64,000 bases of DNA from an uncultured Clostridia bacterium (GTDB lineage Bacteria; Bacillota; Clostridia; Christensenellales; UBA1242). Shown one piece after another: positions 28,190 through 37,725 of the stretch (positions are counted from its first letter, which is position 1; the number at the start of each line of letters is the position of its first letter). Position numbers and translations under genes: made by a program. The DNA is taken from the NCBI GenBank assembly GCA_944383685.1, contig CALWQM010000012.1:16560-80559 (forward strand). The letters are read 5' to 3'. A model generated the notes under the pieces. It made no database searches and had not been told where the DNA came from. It was given only the letters and a program-made list of their open reading frames with translations.

Positions 28190-29389
28190 TTAATTCATAT
28201 TTTTTGCACAAGAATATGCCGATGCAAAAGCAATCTGCAAATTAAACCCACCAGTAAGGGCATCAACATCCAAAACTTCCCCAACAAAATAAAGCCCACT
28301 TACCAACTTACTTTCAAAAGTTTTTGGATTAACTTCCTTTAAACTCACCCCACCGCTTGTGATAATTCCAGCATTTAATGGATAAAGCCCATCATAGTTT
28401 AGTGGTAAATTTTTAAGAGTGTCTATAACTTTTTTCCTTTCCTCTTTGGTTATATCGTGAACCTTTTTATTAAGAGCTATATGGCACTTTTCAGCAAAAA
28501 AACTTACAAGAGCATTTGGCATAAGCCCTTTTAATATGTTTGCAAAATCTTTGTTTTTGTTGGCATCAAAATCTCTTAAAAGCCTTGCATCCAACTGACT
28601 TTCACTTAATGCTGGTTTTAAATCTAAACTAAGCGACACACTGGAAGCCCTGTTTATTAAACTTGAAAGTGACAAAACAATAGGTCCAGAAATTCCAATA
28701 TCTGTGAAAAGCATTTCCCCAAAAAGTGATTTTTTCTTGCCATCTACAACAGCATTTAAACTTACATTTTTAAGAGAAACTCCTTGCAAAGCCGACAAAT
28801 CATCTTTCAACTTAATAGGGCAAAGTGCAGGTCTAATTTCTTCCACAGTATGCCCAAAACTTTTGGCAAACTTATATCCGCTTCCATCACTTCCTGTTGC
28901 TGTGTAACTTGCCCCACCAGTTGCAATGACAACCTTGTCATATATAAATTTTTCGCCATTTGAGTAAACAACAAAATCATTGCCATGTTTCTCAATTTTC
29001 TCAATGTTGGAATTGAACTTAAAATTGACATCCTTACAATGCACTAAAAGTGTTTTAATAACATCGCTTGACTTATCACTTGCTGGAAAAATTCTGTTTC
29101 CTCTTTCAAGTTTTGTTTTAAGCTCCCTGTTTTCAAAAAAATCTAAACAATCTTGTGGTGTGAAAGAATATATTGCAGATTTAATAAACTTATCACCGCG
29201 AACAACATTTTTTAAAAATTCGTCAACATCACAAAGATTTGTTATGTTGCATCTTCCCTTGCCAGTGATATAAAGCTTTTTGCCTGCTTTTTCATTTTTA
29301 TCAAAGATTGTAACATCAAAGTCCTTTTTAGTTAAAAGCCCACCAAGCATAAGGCCTGATGCACCCGCACCAATAATTGCAACTTTCAT
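28190..29389 (-). CDS. NAD(P)/FAD-dependent oxidoreductase, BaiN/HI0933 family
   Basis: MKVAIIGAGASGLM dinucleotide fold, GKGRCN, and C-terminal GEVLDVDALTGGFNLQ. Confidence 0.85.
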   Translation of the reverse strand: MKVAIIGAGASGLMLGGLLTKKDFDVTIFDKNEKAGKKLYITGKGRCNITNLCDVDEFLKNVVRGDKFIKSAIYSFTPQDCLDFFENRELKTKLERGNRIFPASDKSSDVIKTLLVHCKDVNFKFNSNIEKIEKHGNDFVVYSNGEKFIYDKVVIATGGASYTATGSDGSGYKFAKSFGHTVEEIRPALCPIKLKDDLSALQGVSLKNVSLNAVVDGKKKSLFGEMLFTDIGISGPIVLSLSSLINRASSVSLSLDLKPALSESQLDARLLRDFDANKNKDFANILKGLMPNALVSFFAEKCHIALNKKVHDITKEERKKVIDTLKNLPLNYDGLYPLNAGIITSGGVSLKEVNPKTFESKLVSGLYFVGEVLDVDALTGGFNLQIAFASAYSCAKNMN

Positions 29390-29410
29390 TTTTCTCCTTT
29401 CACATCCAAA

Positions 29411-29971
29411 TTAATGTTTTTCTTTAACAGCAAGTTCTGGATAAAGATTAACTAAAATTTTATAACTTTCTGGAAAAGATTTTTTATTTTCCTCCATATA
29501 TGGGGTAAATTGTTTTATAAATTTTTCCTTAATATTATGTTGTTGTTCTTTTGACCAGTTGTTCCATCTTTGCAACTTTAAGATTCCATCTTTTTCTAAT
29601 TGTAAAAGTTTTTCATAACAATCTGGAATATATTCACAATTATTTTTATCTAAAAAAATATTATGTTTACAAACATAAACATGATTTGTTATATGGTTCA
29701 CTTTAACAGCATCTTCAACATTAATAGAATAAATATAACAACTATGACCTTTATACATTTTTTCAAAAGCATTTGGTGCTTTTTCAAGCAACCACAAAAC
29801 ATCATTCTTTTTATCATATTCAAAACATCTTAAAACACAGCCTGCATACATAAATGCACAGGCAAAACTATCTGTTAAATAAATGTTCTCACTGTCATTT
29901 TTTCTTCCCGAATGAAAATCTGTTCTAAGCTCTTTTAAATTGCTATCCTGTGTTCCGTGATACAAAATCAT
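29411..29971 (-). CDS. Hypothetical protein with N-terminal LYHGT motif
   Basis: ATG at 29971 preceded by GGAGGAAAT. 186 aa. The family is unknown. Confidence 0.55.
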   Translation of the reverse strand: MILYHGTQDSNLKELRTDFHSGRKNDSENIYLTDSFACAFMYAGCVLRCFEYDKKNDVLWLLEKAPNAFEKMYKGHSCYIYSINVEDAVKVNHITNHVYVCKHNIFLDKNNCEYIPDCYEKLLQLEKDGILKLQRWNNWSKEQQHNIKEKFIKQFTPYMEENKKSFPESYKILVNLYPELAVKEKH

Positions 29972-30025
29972 ATTTCCTCCAATGATAAATTTTAGATGAT
30001 TTGAAAACAGCAAGTTTATAATTCC

Positions 30026-30730
30026 TTACTTTTTAAAACTTGCAATTTCTTCTTCTGTCATTGGCTTTGTTTTGCCCCTGTAAAGATTACCCAAAAGCAC
30101 ACTTCCAATTCTAACTCTCTTTAAAAGTTTAATGCTTTTACCAATTGCATCAAACATACGTCTTACTTGGTGATTTTGACCTTCTGTGATAACAACTGAA
30201 ACCTTTGTAAACTTGCCGTCAAAAGAAATAGGTTTCACTCTTGCTTCTGGCATACGCACACCGTCCACAACAACACCTTTTCTTAAAACAGCAAATTCAC
30301 TTTCAACCATTTTACCTTCAACGGTAACAATATATTCTTTTTCAATTTCAAAACTTGGATGAATAACCAAATTTGCAAAATCGCCGTCATTGGTCAAAAG
30401 AATTAACCCTTCTGTGTCATAATCAAGCCTGCCAATATTGAAAAGACGAACACTTTTATCCTCCAACAAATCAAAAATGGTCTTTCTGCCTTTTTCGTCA
30501 CTTGCAGTGCAAGCATAGCCTTTTGGCTTGTTCATTTTAAGATAAACAAAAGAGGAAGGTAGTTTCAAAACCTCCCCGTTATAAATTATTTCATCTTTCT
30601 TTTCATCAACAGTGGTTGCAAGGTTTGTTTCAACCTTTCCATTAACCTTAACAAGCCCACTTTTAATAAGTTCCTCACACTTTCTTCTTGAAGCAATTCC
30701 ACAAGTACTTAAAAACTTGTTTAATCTCAT
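30026..30730 (-). CDS. rluB: Pseudouridine synthase, RsuA/RluB family
   Basis: N-terminal S4 domain MRLNKFLSTCGIASRRKCEELI plus the GRLDYDTEGL catalytic motif. Confidence 0.85.
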   Translation of the reverse strand: MRLNKFLSTCGIASRRKCEELIKSGLVKVNGKVETNLATTVDEKKDEIIYNGEVLKLPSSFVYLKMNKPKGYACTASDEKGRKTIFDLLEDKSVRLFNIGRLDYDTEGLILLTNDGDFANLVIHPSFEIEKEYIVTVEGKMVESEFAVLRKGVVVDGVRMPEARVKPISFDGKFTKVSVVITEGQNHQVRRMFDAIGKSIKLLKRVRIGSVLLGNLYRGKTKPMTEEEIASFKK

Positions 30731-30754
30731 TTAACATTCCTTTTAAATAAATCC

Positions 30755-31906
30755 TTACCAATTCCCCGCAAATTCTTTAAGACGTTGCAAAATTGTTTTT
30801 GGTTTTACATCTTCTATTGTATAAATTTTTTCACAAAATAGCAAGTCTTTATTTAAAAATACTTTAATTTCCCCAACTTCTTCCCCTTTCTTCAAAGGTG
30901 CTTGAAGGCAAGTTGGAAGATTATATTCAAATTTTAAAAGTTTTTCTTTTTCATAATTTGAAAGTGGATACAAAAATTTCTCCTTTGTTCCAATAAGTGC
31001 AGTTTTCTTTCTTCCGTCATCAACCTTAACTTCCTTCGAGTAATTATAAAGCCCTGTAACATCAACAAGTGAATATAAATTGCAACAAGTTTCAAGAAGA
31101 AGTTTGCTTTCTTCAAACATTGGCCCACAATTTAAAACAACACAAACAAGACGCATGCCATTTTTTTCAATCGCAGAAACCAAGCATCTTCCAGCATCAT
31201 CAGTAAAACCAGTTTTAACACCTATGCAACCTTCCATGGTGTTAAGAAGTTTATTCTTATTTTTTAAATACCTGTTTTCACCTTCACCATTAGTGATTTT
31301 TGTGTTCTTAGTGGAAACAATTTCCCTAAATGTGTCATTTTCAAGTGCGTAAGAAGTGATAAGGGCAAGGTCATAAGCCGTGGTGTAATGTCCATCAGCA
31401 TCAAGCCCATGAGTGTTTGCAAAGTGAGTGTTTTTTGCTCCAATTTTCTTTGCAAGTTCATTCATAAGTGTCACAAATTCACTTGTTGAACCTGCCACAT
31501 GCTCAGCAATGGCAACCGAAGCATCATTTCCAGAGATAAGCATCAAAGCATAAAGCAAATCTCTTGTGCTGTAAACATCCCCTTTTCTTAAATAAAGACT
31601 TGTCCCTTCAATCCCCACAGCCTTTGGTGAAACTTCAAATTTTTCATCCAAATCCTGACAATTTTCAATGGCTGTTATTGCCGTCATAATTTTTGTTGTG
31701 CTTGCCATTGCAAGTTTTTTATCTTTATTCTTTCCAAACAAAACTCTGCCAGTTGTTGTTTCCAAAACACAACCACCAACCGCAGATGTGTAAAGCCCGT
31801 TTTCTGCTCTTGCTGTGAAAGGCATAATAAGTGAAGCAAGGGAAGACAAAATTATGCTCGCCAAAAGCAAAAACACCAAAGTGGCAACAAGAATTTTTTT
31901 AGTCAT
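30755..31906 (-). CDS. D-alanyl-D-alanine carboxypeptidase (DacB/DacF-type PBP5 family)
   Basis: Signal peptide, ASTTKIMTA (SxxK), SGND, and KTGFT. Confidence 0.85.
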   Translation of the reverse strand: MTKKILVATLVFLLLASIILSSLASLIMPFTARAENGLYTSAVGGCVLETTTGRVLFGKNKDKKLAMASTTKIMTAITAIENCQDLDEKFEVSPKAVGIEGTSLYLRKGDVYSTRDLLYALMLISGNDASVAIAEHVAGSTSEFVTLMNELAKKIGAKNTHFANTHGLDADGHYTTAYDLALITSYALENDTFREIVSTKNTKITNGEGENRYLKNKNKLLNTMEGCIGVKTGFTDDAGRCLVSAIEKNGMRLVCVVLNCGPMFEESKLLLETCCNLYSLVDVTGLYNYSKEVKVDDGRKKTALIGTKEKFLYPLSNYEKEKLLKFEYNLPTCLQAPLKKGEEVGEIKVFLNKDLLFCEKIYTIEDVKPKTILQRLKEFAGNW

Positions 31907-32306
31907 TTATATTCTCCTCAGCCTTTTCATTTTTCTTTTTCATCTCATTCATAAAGGTATTAAACATGTTTAAAACCGTTTGATACAAACTTTTATTTTC
32001 CACATTAACAAAGGTAAATTCCCCAGCCTTTTCAATTAAAAAACCAACTGGTGTGACACTCATTCCGCCACCACTTCCACCAGACATTGGATAATGATTT
32101 GCAACACGCCTTGCAGATAAATCTGCATACTCTCCGCCACCAACAACATAGCCAATCGTAACTTTTGAAATTGGCAAAATAACTGTGCCATCACTGGTTT
32201 CAATTTTCTCTCCAATGATGGTGCTGCTGTCAACAATGGTCTTAATTTTGTCAAAAGCATTTGTGATTAAATCATTAACTCCATTATAGTCATCATATTT
32301 TTTCAT
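31899..32306 (-). CDS. ytfJ: Sporulation protein YtfJ (GerW family)
   Basis: TVILPISKVTIGYVVGGGEY...GGSGGGMSVTPVGFL is characteristic of YtfJ/GerW. Confidence 0.8.
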   Translation of the reverse strand: MKKYDDYNGVNDLITNAFDKIKTIVDSSTIIGEKIETSDGTVILPISKVTIGYVVGGGEYADLSARRVANHYPMSGGSGGGMSVTPVGFLIEKAGEFTFVNVENKSLYQTVLNMFNTFMNEMKKKNEKAEENIND

Positions 32307-32373
32307 TACTCACCCCTTTTGCATACCACACAACAATTTGCGTATTATGAAGCATATTACACAATATATAGTA

Positions 32374-32928
32374 TCAATTTTTACTCTTAATTATTATGCA
32401 TGAATAAATAAAAGAATATACCAAATCAAACAGAGAAAGTGAAATTTTTGTGTTAATCGCCATTTCAAAAATTTCTCTATTGAAGGAAACAGTGTCATAA
32501 ACACAAAGTGATGCAGTTGGTTTTCTGCTTTTTAAATTGACAAAAAAGAAGTTTAAAAGTTGATTAATAACTGCACAAAGTAAACTTGAAGTGAAGGCAT
32601 CCCCTGTGCCTATATTGTAATAAACAAAAAAATGTTTAACCCTAATCTTGTCTTTAATTTGCTTCATAAATTCTTCAATAATTGCAAACTTTTGGCTTTG
32701 AAAATTAAGTTCTTCTTGCTTTGTTTCTGTGTCATTGATAAGCACAATATATTTTCCATGAATTTCCAAAAAGTAATAAAAAATCTTTTTCTTAAACAAA
32801 AAAAGTGCAACCACTCCCCTGTTCAAAAGTGGATTATATGACACACGCACTTCCAAAAAAATTGGAAAAATTAAAAGTATAATTATTACTGCTGGAATTA
32901 TTAAAAGTAATGCTGTTTTTAAATCCAT
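32374..32928 (-). CDS. Membrane-anchored hypothetical protein, possibly DUF2953 (YtfI-like)
   Basis: It lies immediately upstream of ytfJ, as ytfI does in Bacillus. It has one N-terminal TM helix. The ATG at 32928 is preferred over the TTG at 32964. Confidence 0.45.
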   Translation of the reverse strand: MDLKTALLLIIPAVIIILLIFPIFLEVRVSYNPLLNRGVVALFLFKKKIFYYFLEIHGKYIVLINDTETKQEELNFQSQKFAIIEEFMKQIKDKIRVKHFFVYYNIGTGDAFTSSLLCAVINQLLNFFFVNLKSRKPTASLCVYDTVSFNREIFEMAINTKISLSLFDLVYSFIYSCIIIKSKN

Positions 32929-33057
32929 ATACTTAATTTGTTCATTAAAAGAATAAAAATACAAATCAAATAAATTTAATTTTAAAAATAAAGTGGTGAA
33001 ATTATTATGAAAAAAATTTTTAATGAGTTATAATAAATTTGTTAAGGAGATTTTGAT

Positions 33058-34575
33058 ATGAAAACCAAGAAAGAAACATCAAAAAACGAAAATAAAAAAG
33101 TATGTTTTGACAATGAACTTTATTTGAAACTTCAAAGTGAAAACATAAGTAAACGTATTAAAAAATTTCATAATAAACTTTATCTTGAATTTGGTGGTAA
33201 AATTTTTGACGATTTGCACGCCGCAAGAGTTCTTCCAGGTTTCGACCCAAACATTAAAATTAAATTGCTTCAAAAAATGAAGAAAATAACAGAAATTGTT
33301 TTTTGTATAAGTGCAAACGACATTGAAAAAAACAAAATAAGGGCAGACTTAGGCTTAAACTATGCAGATGAAGTTTTAAGACTTGTTGACAATTTAAGAG
33401 CCTTAGGTTTAACTGTTTCATCCTTTGTAATCACTTTGTTTAAAGGTCAAACAAGTGCCACAAAATTTGCACAAAAATTGGAACAACGTGGCGAAAAAGT
33501 TTACATACACCATTACACAAAAGGCTATCCAAACGATGTTGAAACCATTGTTAGTGACGAAGGTTATGGTGCTAACCCTTACATTGAAACCACACGCCCT
33601 CTTGTTGTTGTCACCGCCCCAGGGCCATCAAGCGGAAAACTTGCAACTTGCTTATCTCAGTTATATCATGAATATAAAAGAGGAAGAAAAGCAGGATATG
33701 CAAAGTTTGAAACTTTCCCTGTTTGGAATTTACCTCTTAAACACCCTGTGAACATTGCCTATGAAGCAGCAACCGCCGACCTTAATGATGTAAATCAAAT
33801 CGACCCTTTCCATTTCAATGCTTATGGCAAGCTTGCAATAAACTATAATAGAGATATTGCTGTTTTCCCAATCTTGCAGAATATCTTACATAAAATAATC
33901 AATAAGGACATCTATAAATCTCCAACCGATATGGGTGTCAACATGATTAAAGACGCTATTATTGACGATAAATTGGCTGTAATTTCTGCAAAAAAGGAAA
34001 TTTTAAGAAGATATTACAGAGCTGAATGTGATTATAAAAAGGGTCAAATAACCTTTGATAACTTGGAAAGAAATAAATCTCTTGTCAGCGAAGTTAAAGT
34101 TACTGACGATATTTTAAAAGTTATCAATGTTTCAAGAACAGTTGCAAAAGAATCTAACTTCCCAACAGTTGCAGTTGAACTTCCAAATGGCAAAATTGTG
34201 ACTGGAAAATCAAAAAAAATCATAACTGCAAGCGGTGCTGTTGTTTTGAATGCTTTAAGAACACTTGCAGATCTTGGAGATGATTTTGATGTTATCACTG
34301 ACGACATCTTGATGCCTATTGTGGAATACAGAACCAAAATTCTTAAATCTCGCAGCACCCTTTTAACTGTTGACGATATCCTTGTTGCACTTTCAATCTG
34401 CTCTGCAAGAAACGAAAAAGCAAAGAAAACTATTGAGCAACTTGAAAAATTGCAAGGTTGTGAAGCACACAGCACTTACATTTTGCCAAGCAGTGAAGAA
34501 AACACTTTGAAAAAGTTAGGAATGAATGTCACTTGCGACCCAGTATTTTTAAATGCAAATTTGTTTGAAGACTAA
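33058..34575 (+). CDS. DUF1846 / UPF0371 family protein
   Basis: LYLEFGGKIFDDLHAARVLPGFDPN and a length of about 500 aa are typical of UPF0371. AAGGAGA SD. Confidence 0.8.
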   Translation: MKTKKETSKNENKKVCFDNELYLKLQSENISKRIKKFHNKLYLEFGGKIFDDLHAARVLPGFDPNIKIKLLQKMKKITEIVFCISANDIEKNKIRADLGLNYADEVLRLVDNLRALGLTVSSFVITLFKGQTSATKFAQKLEQRGEKVYIHHYTKGYPNDVETIVSDEGYGANPYIETTRPLVVVTAPGPSSGKLATCLSQLYHEYKRGRKAGYAKFETFPVWNLPLKHPVNIAYEAATADLNDVNQIDPFHFNAYGKLAINYNRDIAVFPILQNILHKIINKDIYKSPTDMGVNMIKDAIIDDKLAVISAKKEILRRYYRAECDYKKGQITFDNLERNKSLVSEVKVTDDILKVINVSRTVAKESNFPTVAVELPNGKIVTGKSKKIITASGAVVLNALRTLADLGDDFDVITDDILMPIVEYRTKILKSRSTLLTVDDILVALSICSARNEKAKKTIEQLEKLQGCEAHSTYILPSSEENTLKKLGMNVTCDPVFLNANLFED

Positions 34576-34599
34576 CAGGCACTGCCTGTTTTCTTTTTT
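34574..34599 (+). terminator. Terminator after the DUF1846 gene
   Basis: AACAGGCA-C-TGCCTGTT followed by TTCTTTTTT. Confidence 0.7.
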
Positions 34600-34613
34600 A
34601 TCCCAATTTAGAC

Positions 34614-35330
34614 TTACAAATTATAATACCACCAGAACTTTCCCAAAAGTTCGGTTTGCTCACAAAAAATTTGAACTTGAAAGTTTATATTTTCTTGCTT
34701 CCCAACAAAACTTAAAAGCCTCCTTGCCACGCCATTCGCACTGTTATAAATTTTTACATCAGGGAAAACTTCGTGCATTTGATTTGTTAAAGCTTGATAG
34801 TGCGTGCAACCAAGCACAATAGCCTTGAATTGTCCTTTAAGATTAAGTTTTAAATAGTCTTTAAGATTATCTAAGCAATCCAAATTTTGGTCAATAAGCG
34901 GAGCTAAATCATTAAGCGGTAAAAGTTTGATTCCGCTTTTTTTATATTTCTTAATTAATTTATTATTTTTTATTGTTGCCTTTGTTGCAATAACCAAAAC
35001 ATCTTTTGCCTTGTTTTCTTCAAGTGCAGGCTTAATTGCAGGTACAGTACCAATGAAAGTAATCAAAGAAAACTTTTTCCTTATCTCGTCAATAACTGTT
35101 GCCGTCAAAGTGTTGCAAGCCAAAACAACATATTCAAATTTAAAAAATGAATAAATTTTTTCAAGATTTCTTTTCGTTATTTCATATAGTTCTTTCTTGC
35201 CTTTTGTTCCATAAGGCAAATTTTCAGTGTCACAATAAAGGAGATAGTTGCAATAAGGACAAATTTTCACACATTCTTTTAATATATTAACACCGCCCGA
35301 ACCGCTGTCCATCAACAAAACATTTTTCAT
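34614..35330 (-). CDS. murI: Glutamate racemase
   Basis: DSGSGG, LACNTLTA and LGCTHY motifs of the Asp/Glu racemase family. Confidence 0.8.
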   Translation of the reverse strand: MKNVLLMDSGSGGVNILKECVKICPYCNYLLYCDTENLPYGTKGKKELYEITKRNLEKIYSFFKFEYVVLACNTLTATVIDEIRKKFSLITFIGTVPAIKPALEENKAKDVLVIATKATIKNNKLIKKYKKSGIKLLPLNDLAPLIDQNLDCLDNLKDYLKLNLKGQFKAIVLGCTHYQALTNQMHEVFPDVKIYNSANGVARRLLSFVGKQENINFQVQIFCEQTELLGKFWWYYNL

Positions 35331-35421
35331 ATAAAATATATATGAAAATAATTAAGTTAAATTTCAAAAAAATGCTGTATTTAATTCCTACACTATAAAT
35401 ACTTTAAATTTAAAAATCAAA

Positions 35422-36180
35422 TTACAACATTTCATTAAAAACTTCTGCAACAAGCGAAGAAAGATAATCAACTTTTTCTCCAACATCTTTCTCTGCCAAA
35501 ATTAAATCTTTGGAGCAGTTTTTGGAAATATCCCCCGCCGAAATCATGAAAGGCACACCAACAGATATGCAAGGAACATTTAAACTTTCCTTATTAATTG
35601 GCATACCAAACTTATTCAAGGCACTTCCAGGAGTTAACCCTGCATCATTAAATTGAATAGAAGTTCCAAGCCTATGCAAGTTGGTTGTTGCAAGTGAATC
35701 AAATAAAACAACAACAGAAATATCAAATGCTTCCACCAAAAGCCTTGTAATTTCATAGGCATTGATACCAGTGTTTGAAAAGGTATTTGGAGATATTTTA
35801 AAAATTTTATTATCTTTTTCAAAAGGTTTAATATCAATCTTGCTTATAACTTCCGTTCCAAAACTGTCGCAAACAACATCAGGATTACCTATTCCAACAA
35901 ACAAAAGTCTGCTATCTTTTTTTACCTTGTTTTCCTTATAAATTACCTTTAATCTTTCCTTGATTTCCCCTTTTAGCAATTTGAAATGCTCATCTGGCAA
36001 CCCTAAAATTAATGGAGCATTTAAAATATAATAATGCCCCTTATCAAAACCATACTTTTTTGCTTTTCCATCAGTGTCAATAAAAAGCTTGGAACAGGTG
36101 ATGTCATATTTCCCTAATTCCACTGTTTCATAGCCACAAGATGCCAAATCTTTGCCACATTCATCCACTAAATCAATCAT
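35422..36180 (-). CDS. gpr: GPR endopeptidase (spore germination protease), short form
   Basis: LLFVGIGNPDVVCDSFG..., FDSLATTNLHRLGTSIQFNDAGLTPGS and PCISVGVPFMI parallel GPR motifs. The start was set to the ATG at 36180, because the longer ORF would overlap rpsT. Confidence 0.7.
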   Translation of the reverse strand: MIDLVDECGKDLASCGYETVELGKYDITCSKLFIDTDGKAKKYGFDKGHYYILNAPLILGLPDEHFKLLKGEIKERLKVIYKENKVKKDSRLLFVGIGNPDVVCDSFGTEVISKIDIKPFEKDNKIFKISPNTFSNTGINAYEITRLLVEAFDISVVVLFDSLATTNLHRLGTSIQFNDAGLTPGSALNKFGMPINKESLNVPCISVGVPFMISAGDISKNCSKDLILAEKDVGEKVDYLSSLVAEVFNEML

Positions 36181-36274
36181 AAAATAAATATTGACATAAA
36201 ATTTATAAAAAATAAGTTGATTTTTTAATTTTAATATGCTATAATCACTATTGATATTTTTTAAGGAGAAAAAC

Positions 36275-36544
36275 ATGGCAAACATTAAATCAGCAAAGAA
36301 AAGAGTTTTAATCGAAAAAGAAAGAAGAGTAGTTAACAATTCTGTTAAATCTGAAATTAAGACATACATTAAGAAGTTCAAAGAAGCACTTGCTAATGAT
36401 GTTGACAGTGCAGCAGAAATATATAAACAACTTGTTTCAAAGCTTGACAGTGCAGCAAGAGAAAATGTTATTCATGCAAATTCAGCTGCTCGTAAAAAAG
36501 CACACTTTGCAAAATTATTAGATGACGCAAAAAAATCTAAGTAA
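36275..36544 (+). CDS. rpsT: 30S ribosomal protein S20
   Basis: MANIKSAKKRVLIEKERR... with an AAGGAGA SD and ATG at 36275. Confidence 0.95.
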   Translation: MANIKSAKKRVLIEKERRVVNNSVKSEIKTYIKKFKEALANDVDSAAEIYKQLVSKLDSAARENVIHANSAARKKAHFAKLLDDAKKSK

Positions 36545-36568
36545 TTTTGATTAATTTAAGAAGCAAGT

Positions 36569-36595
36569 AAACATGCCAGTCGGCATGTTTTTATT
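36569..36595 (+). terminator. Terminator after rpsT
   Basis: AAACATGCC-agtc-GGCATGTTT followed by a T-run. Confidence 0.75.
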
Positions 36596-36780
36596 GTTAT
36601 CATTTTGAAAAAAACCAATCAATAAATATTAATAACATTTGGAAATAACAAAAAAGATAGTGTAATTAATTCTACCACTATCTTTTTTTTAGACTGCAAA
36701 GTTTCAAAACCGATTGTAAAAAAGCAAAATATTTAATTCAAATCATTAAAGACATTATAAACGAGAATTAAAATGAAAAC

Positions 36781-36912
36781 AAAAAAGAAAGGCTATCCCC
36801 CATTCAAAAAAACCTTCCTTTTTTGCCTACATATATATGTATTTGTATTTAATAATCAAGGCAATTTTATTAAATACAATTTAATTATAACATTATAAAT
36901 TATAAAAGTAAA
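36781..36912 (-). ncRNA. Candidate small structured unit C (diverged copy of unit B): promoter, 13-bp perfect stem, degenerate terminator
   Basis: -35 TTTACT (36907-36912), 17 nt, -10 TATAAT (36884-36889). Stem TTGTATTTAATAA (36867-36879) pairs with TTATTAAATACAA (36843-36855). The GGGGGATAGCCTTTCTTTTTT tail is homologous to the unit B terminator. Confidence 0.35.
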
Positions 36913-36946
36913 ATAATTTTACAATATTTTTCAATATTTTTTAAAT

Positions 36947-36979
36947 TTAAAAAAGCCTAGTATATTTTCTAGGCTTTTT
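36947..36979 (-). terminator. Terminator after the large lipoprotein gene
   Basis: aaaagcctag (36951-36960) pairs with ctaggctttt (36969-36978), followed by a T-run on the minus strand. Confidence 0.7.
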
Positions 36980-36984
36980 ATTAA

Positions 36985-37725
36985 TTATACACAGCCATAT
37001 TCACTAACCTTAATTGTGAATTGAACACCTTGAATGTTTGTGCAAAGGTTTTGTGTAGGCATTCCAAGTTCAGTATAACTTTTAATATTGCTTATATTTG
37101 AGCCTAAGTTTCTTGTGTAATATTGGTTTATACCATTGCCCAATATGTCACTTACAAGATCACTGAATTTAACTGAATACTTCGCTGAACCTGTCTTGTT
37201 GTTTAACACACTTGATATTTCATCAGCAGATGATATGAACATATTGGCGGTCTTACTTGTTATCACAACCTGTGTTCCATAACTTTCAACATTTGCACTG
37301 AATGTTGCTAAATACGTTGTGGATGTTATGTTTTTCTTAAACTCGTCAAGAGTTGTTGTGACATAGCCTTGTCCGCCACCTAACCTACCTGATGCATATT
37401 GACCTGCATACACGATGGTGTCTAACACTGCAAAGGTATCTGTGGTTGTTCCATAGCCTGATTTTTGTGAAGAAGAATAAGCAAGTCTCCACCTAATTGG
37501 CTCAACCTTATACCAGTTATTTCCATACTTACAATACTCAACATTGTTCACTTTCTTTGATACCATTGTTGTGCCATTGATGTAATATGTTGCTCCATTT
37601 GTGGTTGAACTATTAAGTTGTGAAATTAAGTTGCTGTCTGTCACCTTTGTCTGTGGCATATTTCCAATTTCAACATACCAATATCCGCCCGCTGAGTCGT
37701 ATTTTGCCTCAAGGTTTGCCGTCCA
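36985..37725 (-). repeat. Copy 1 of the ~740-nt conserved 3' module of the surface-protein family
   Basis: It aligns by eye base-for-base with 61841-62581 at roughly 90% nucleotide identity, apart from one indel-rich patch. Confidence 0.85.

Noticed and set aside
36181-36381. The N-terminal 67-codon extension of the gpr ORF.
   Set aside because: It would overlap the rpsT promoter and start on the opposite strand, and it is hydrophobic junk. GPR-like sequence begins at Met68 (ATG 36180).
36985-37725. A diversity-generating retroelement (template/variable repeat pair) as the explanation for the near-identical C-terminal modules.
   Set aside because: There is no reverse transcriptase in the window. 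Both copies are coding. The differences include indels and are not confined to adenine positions.
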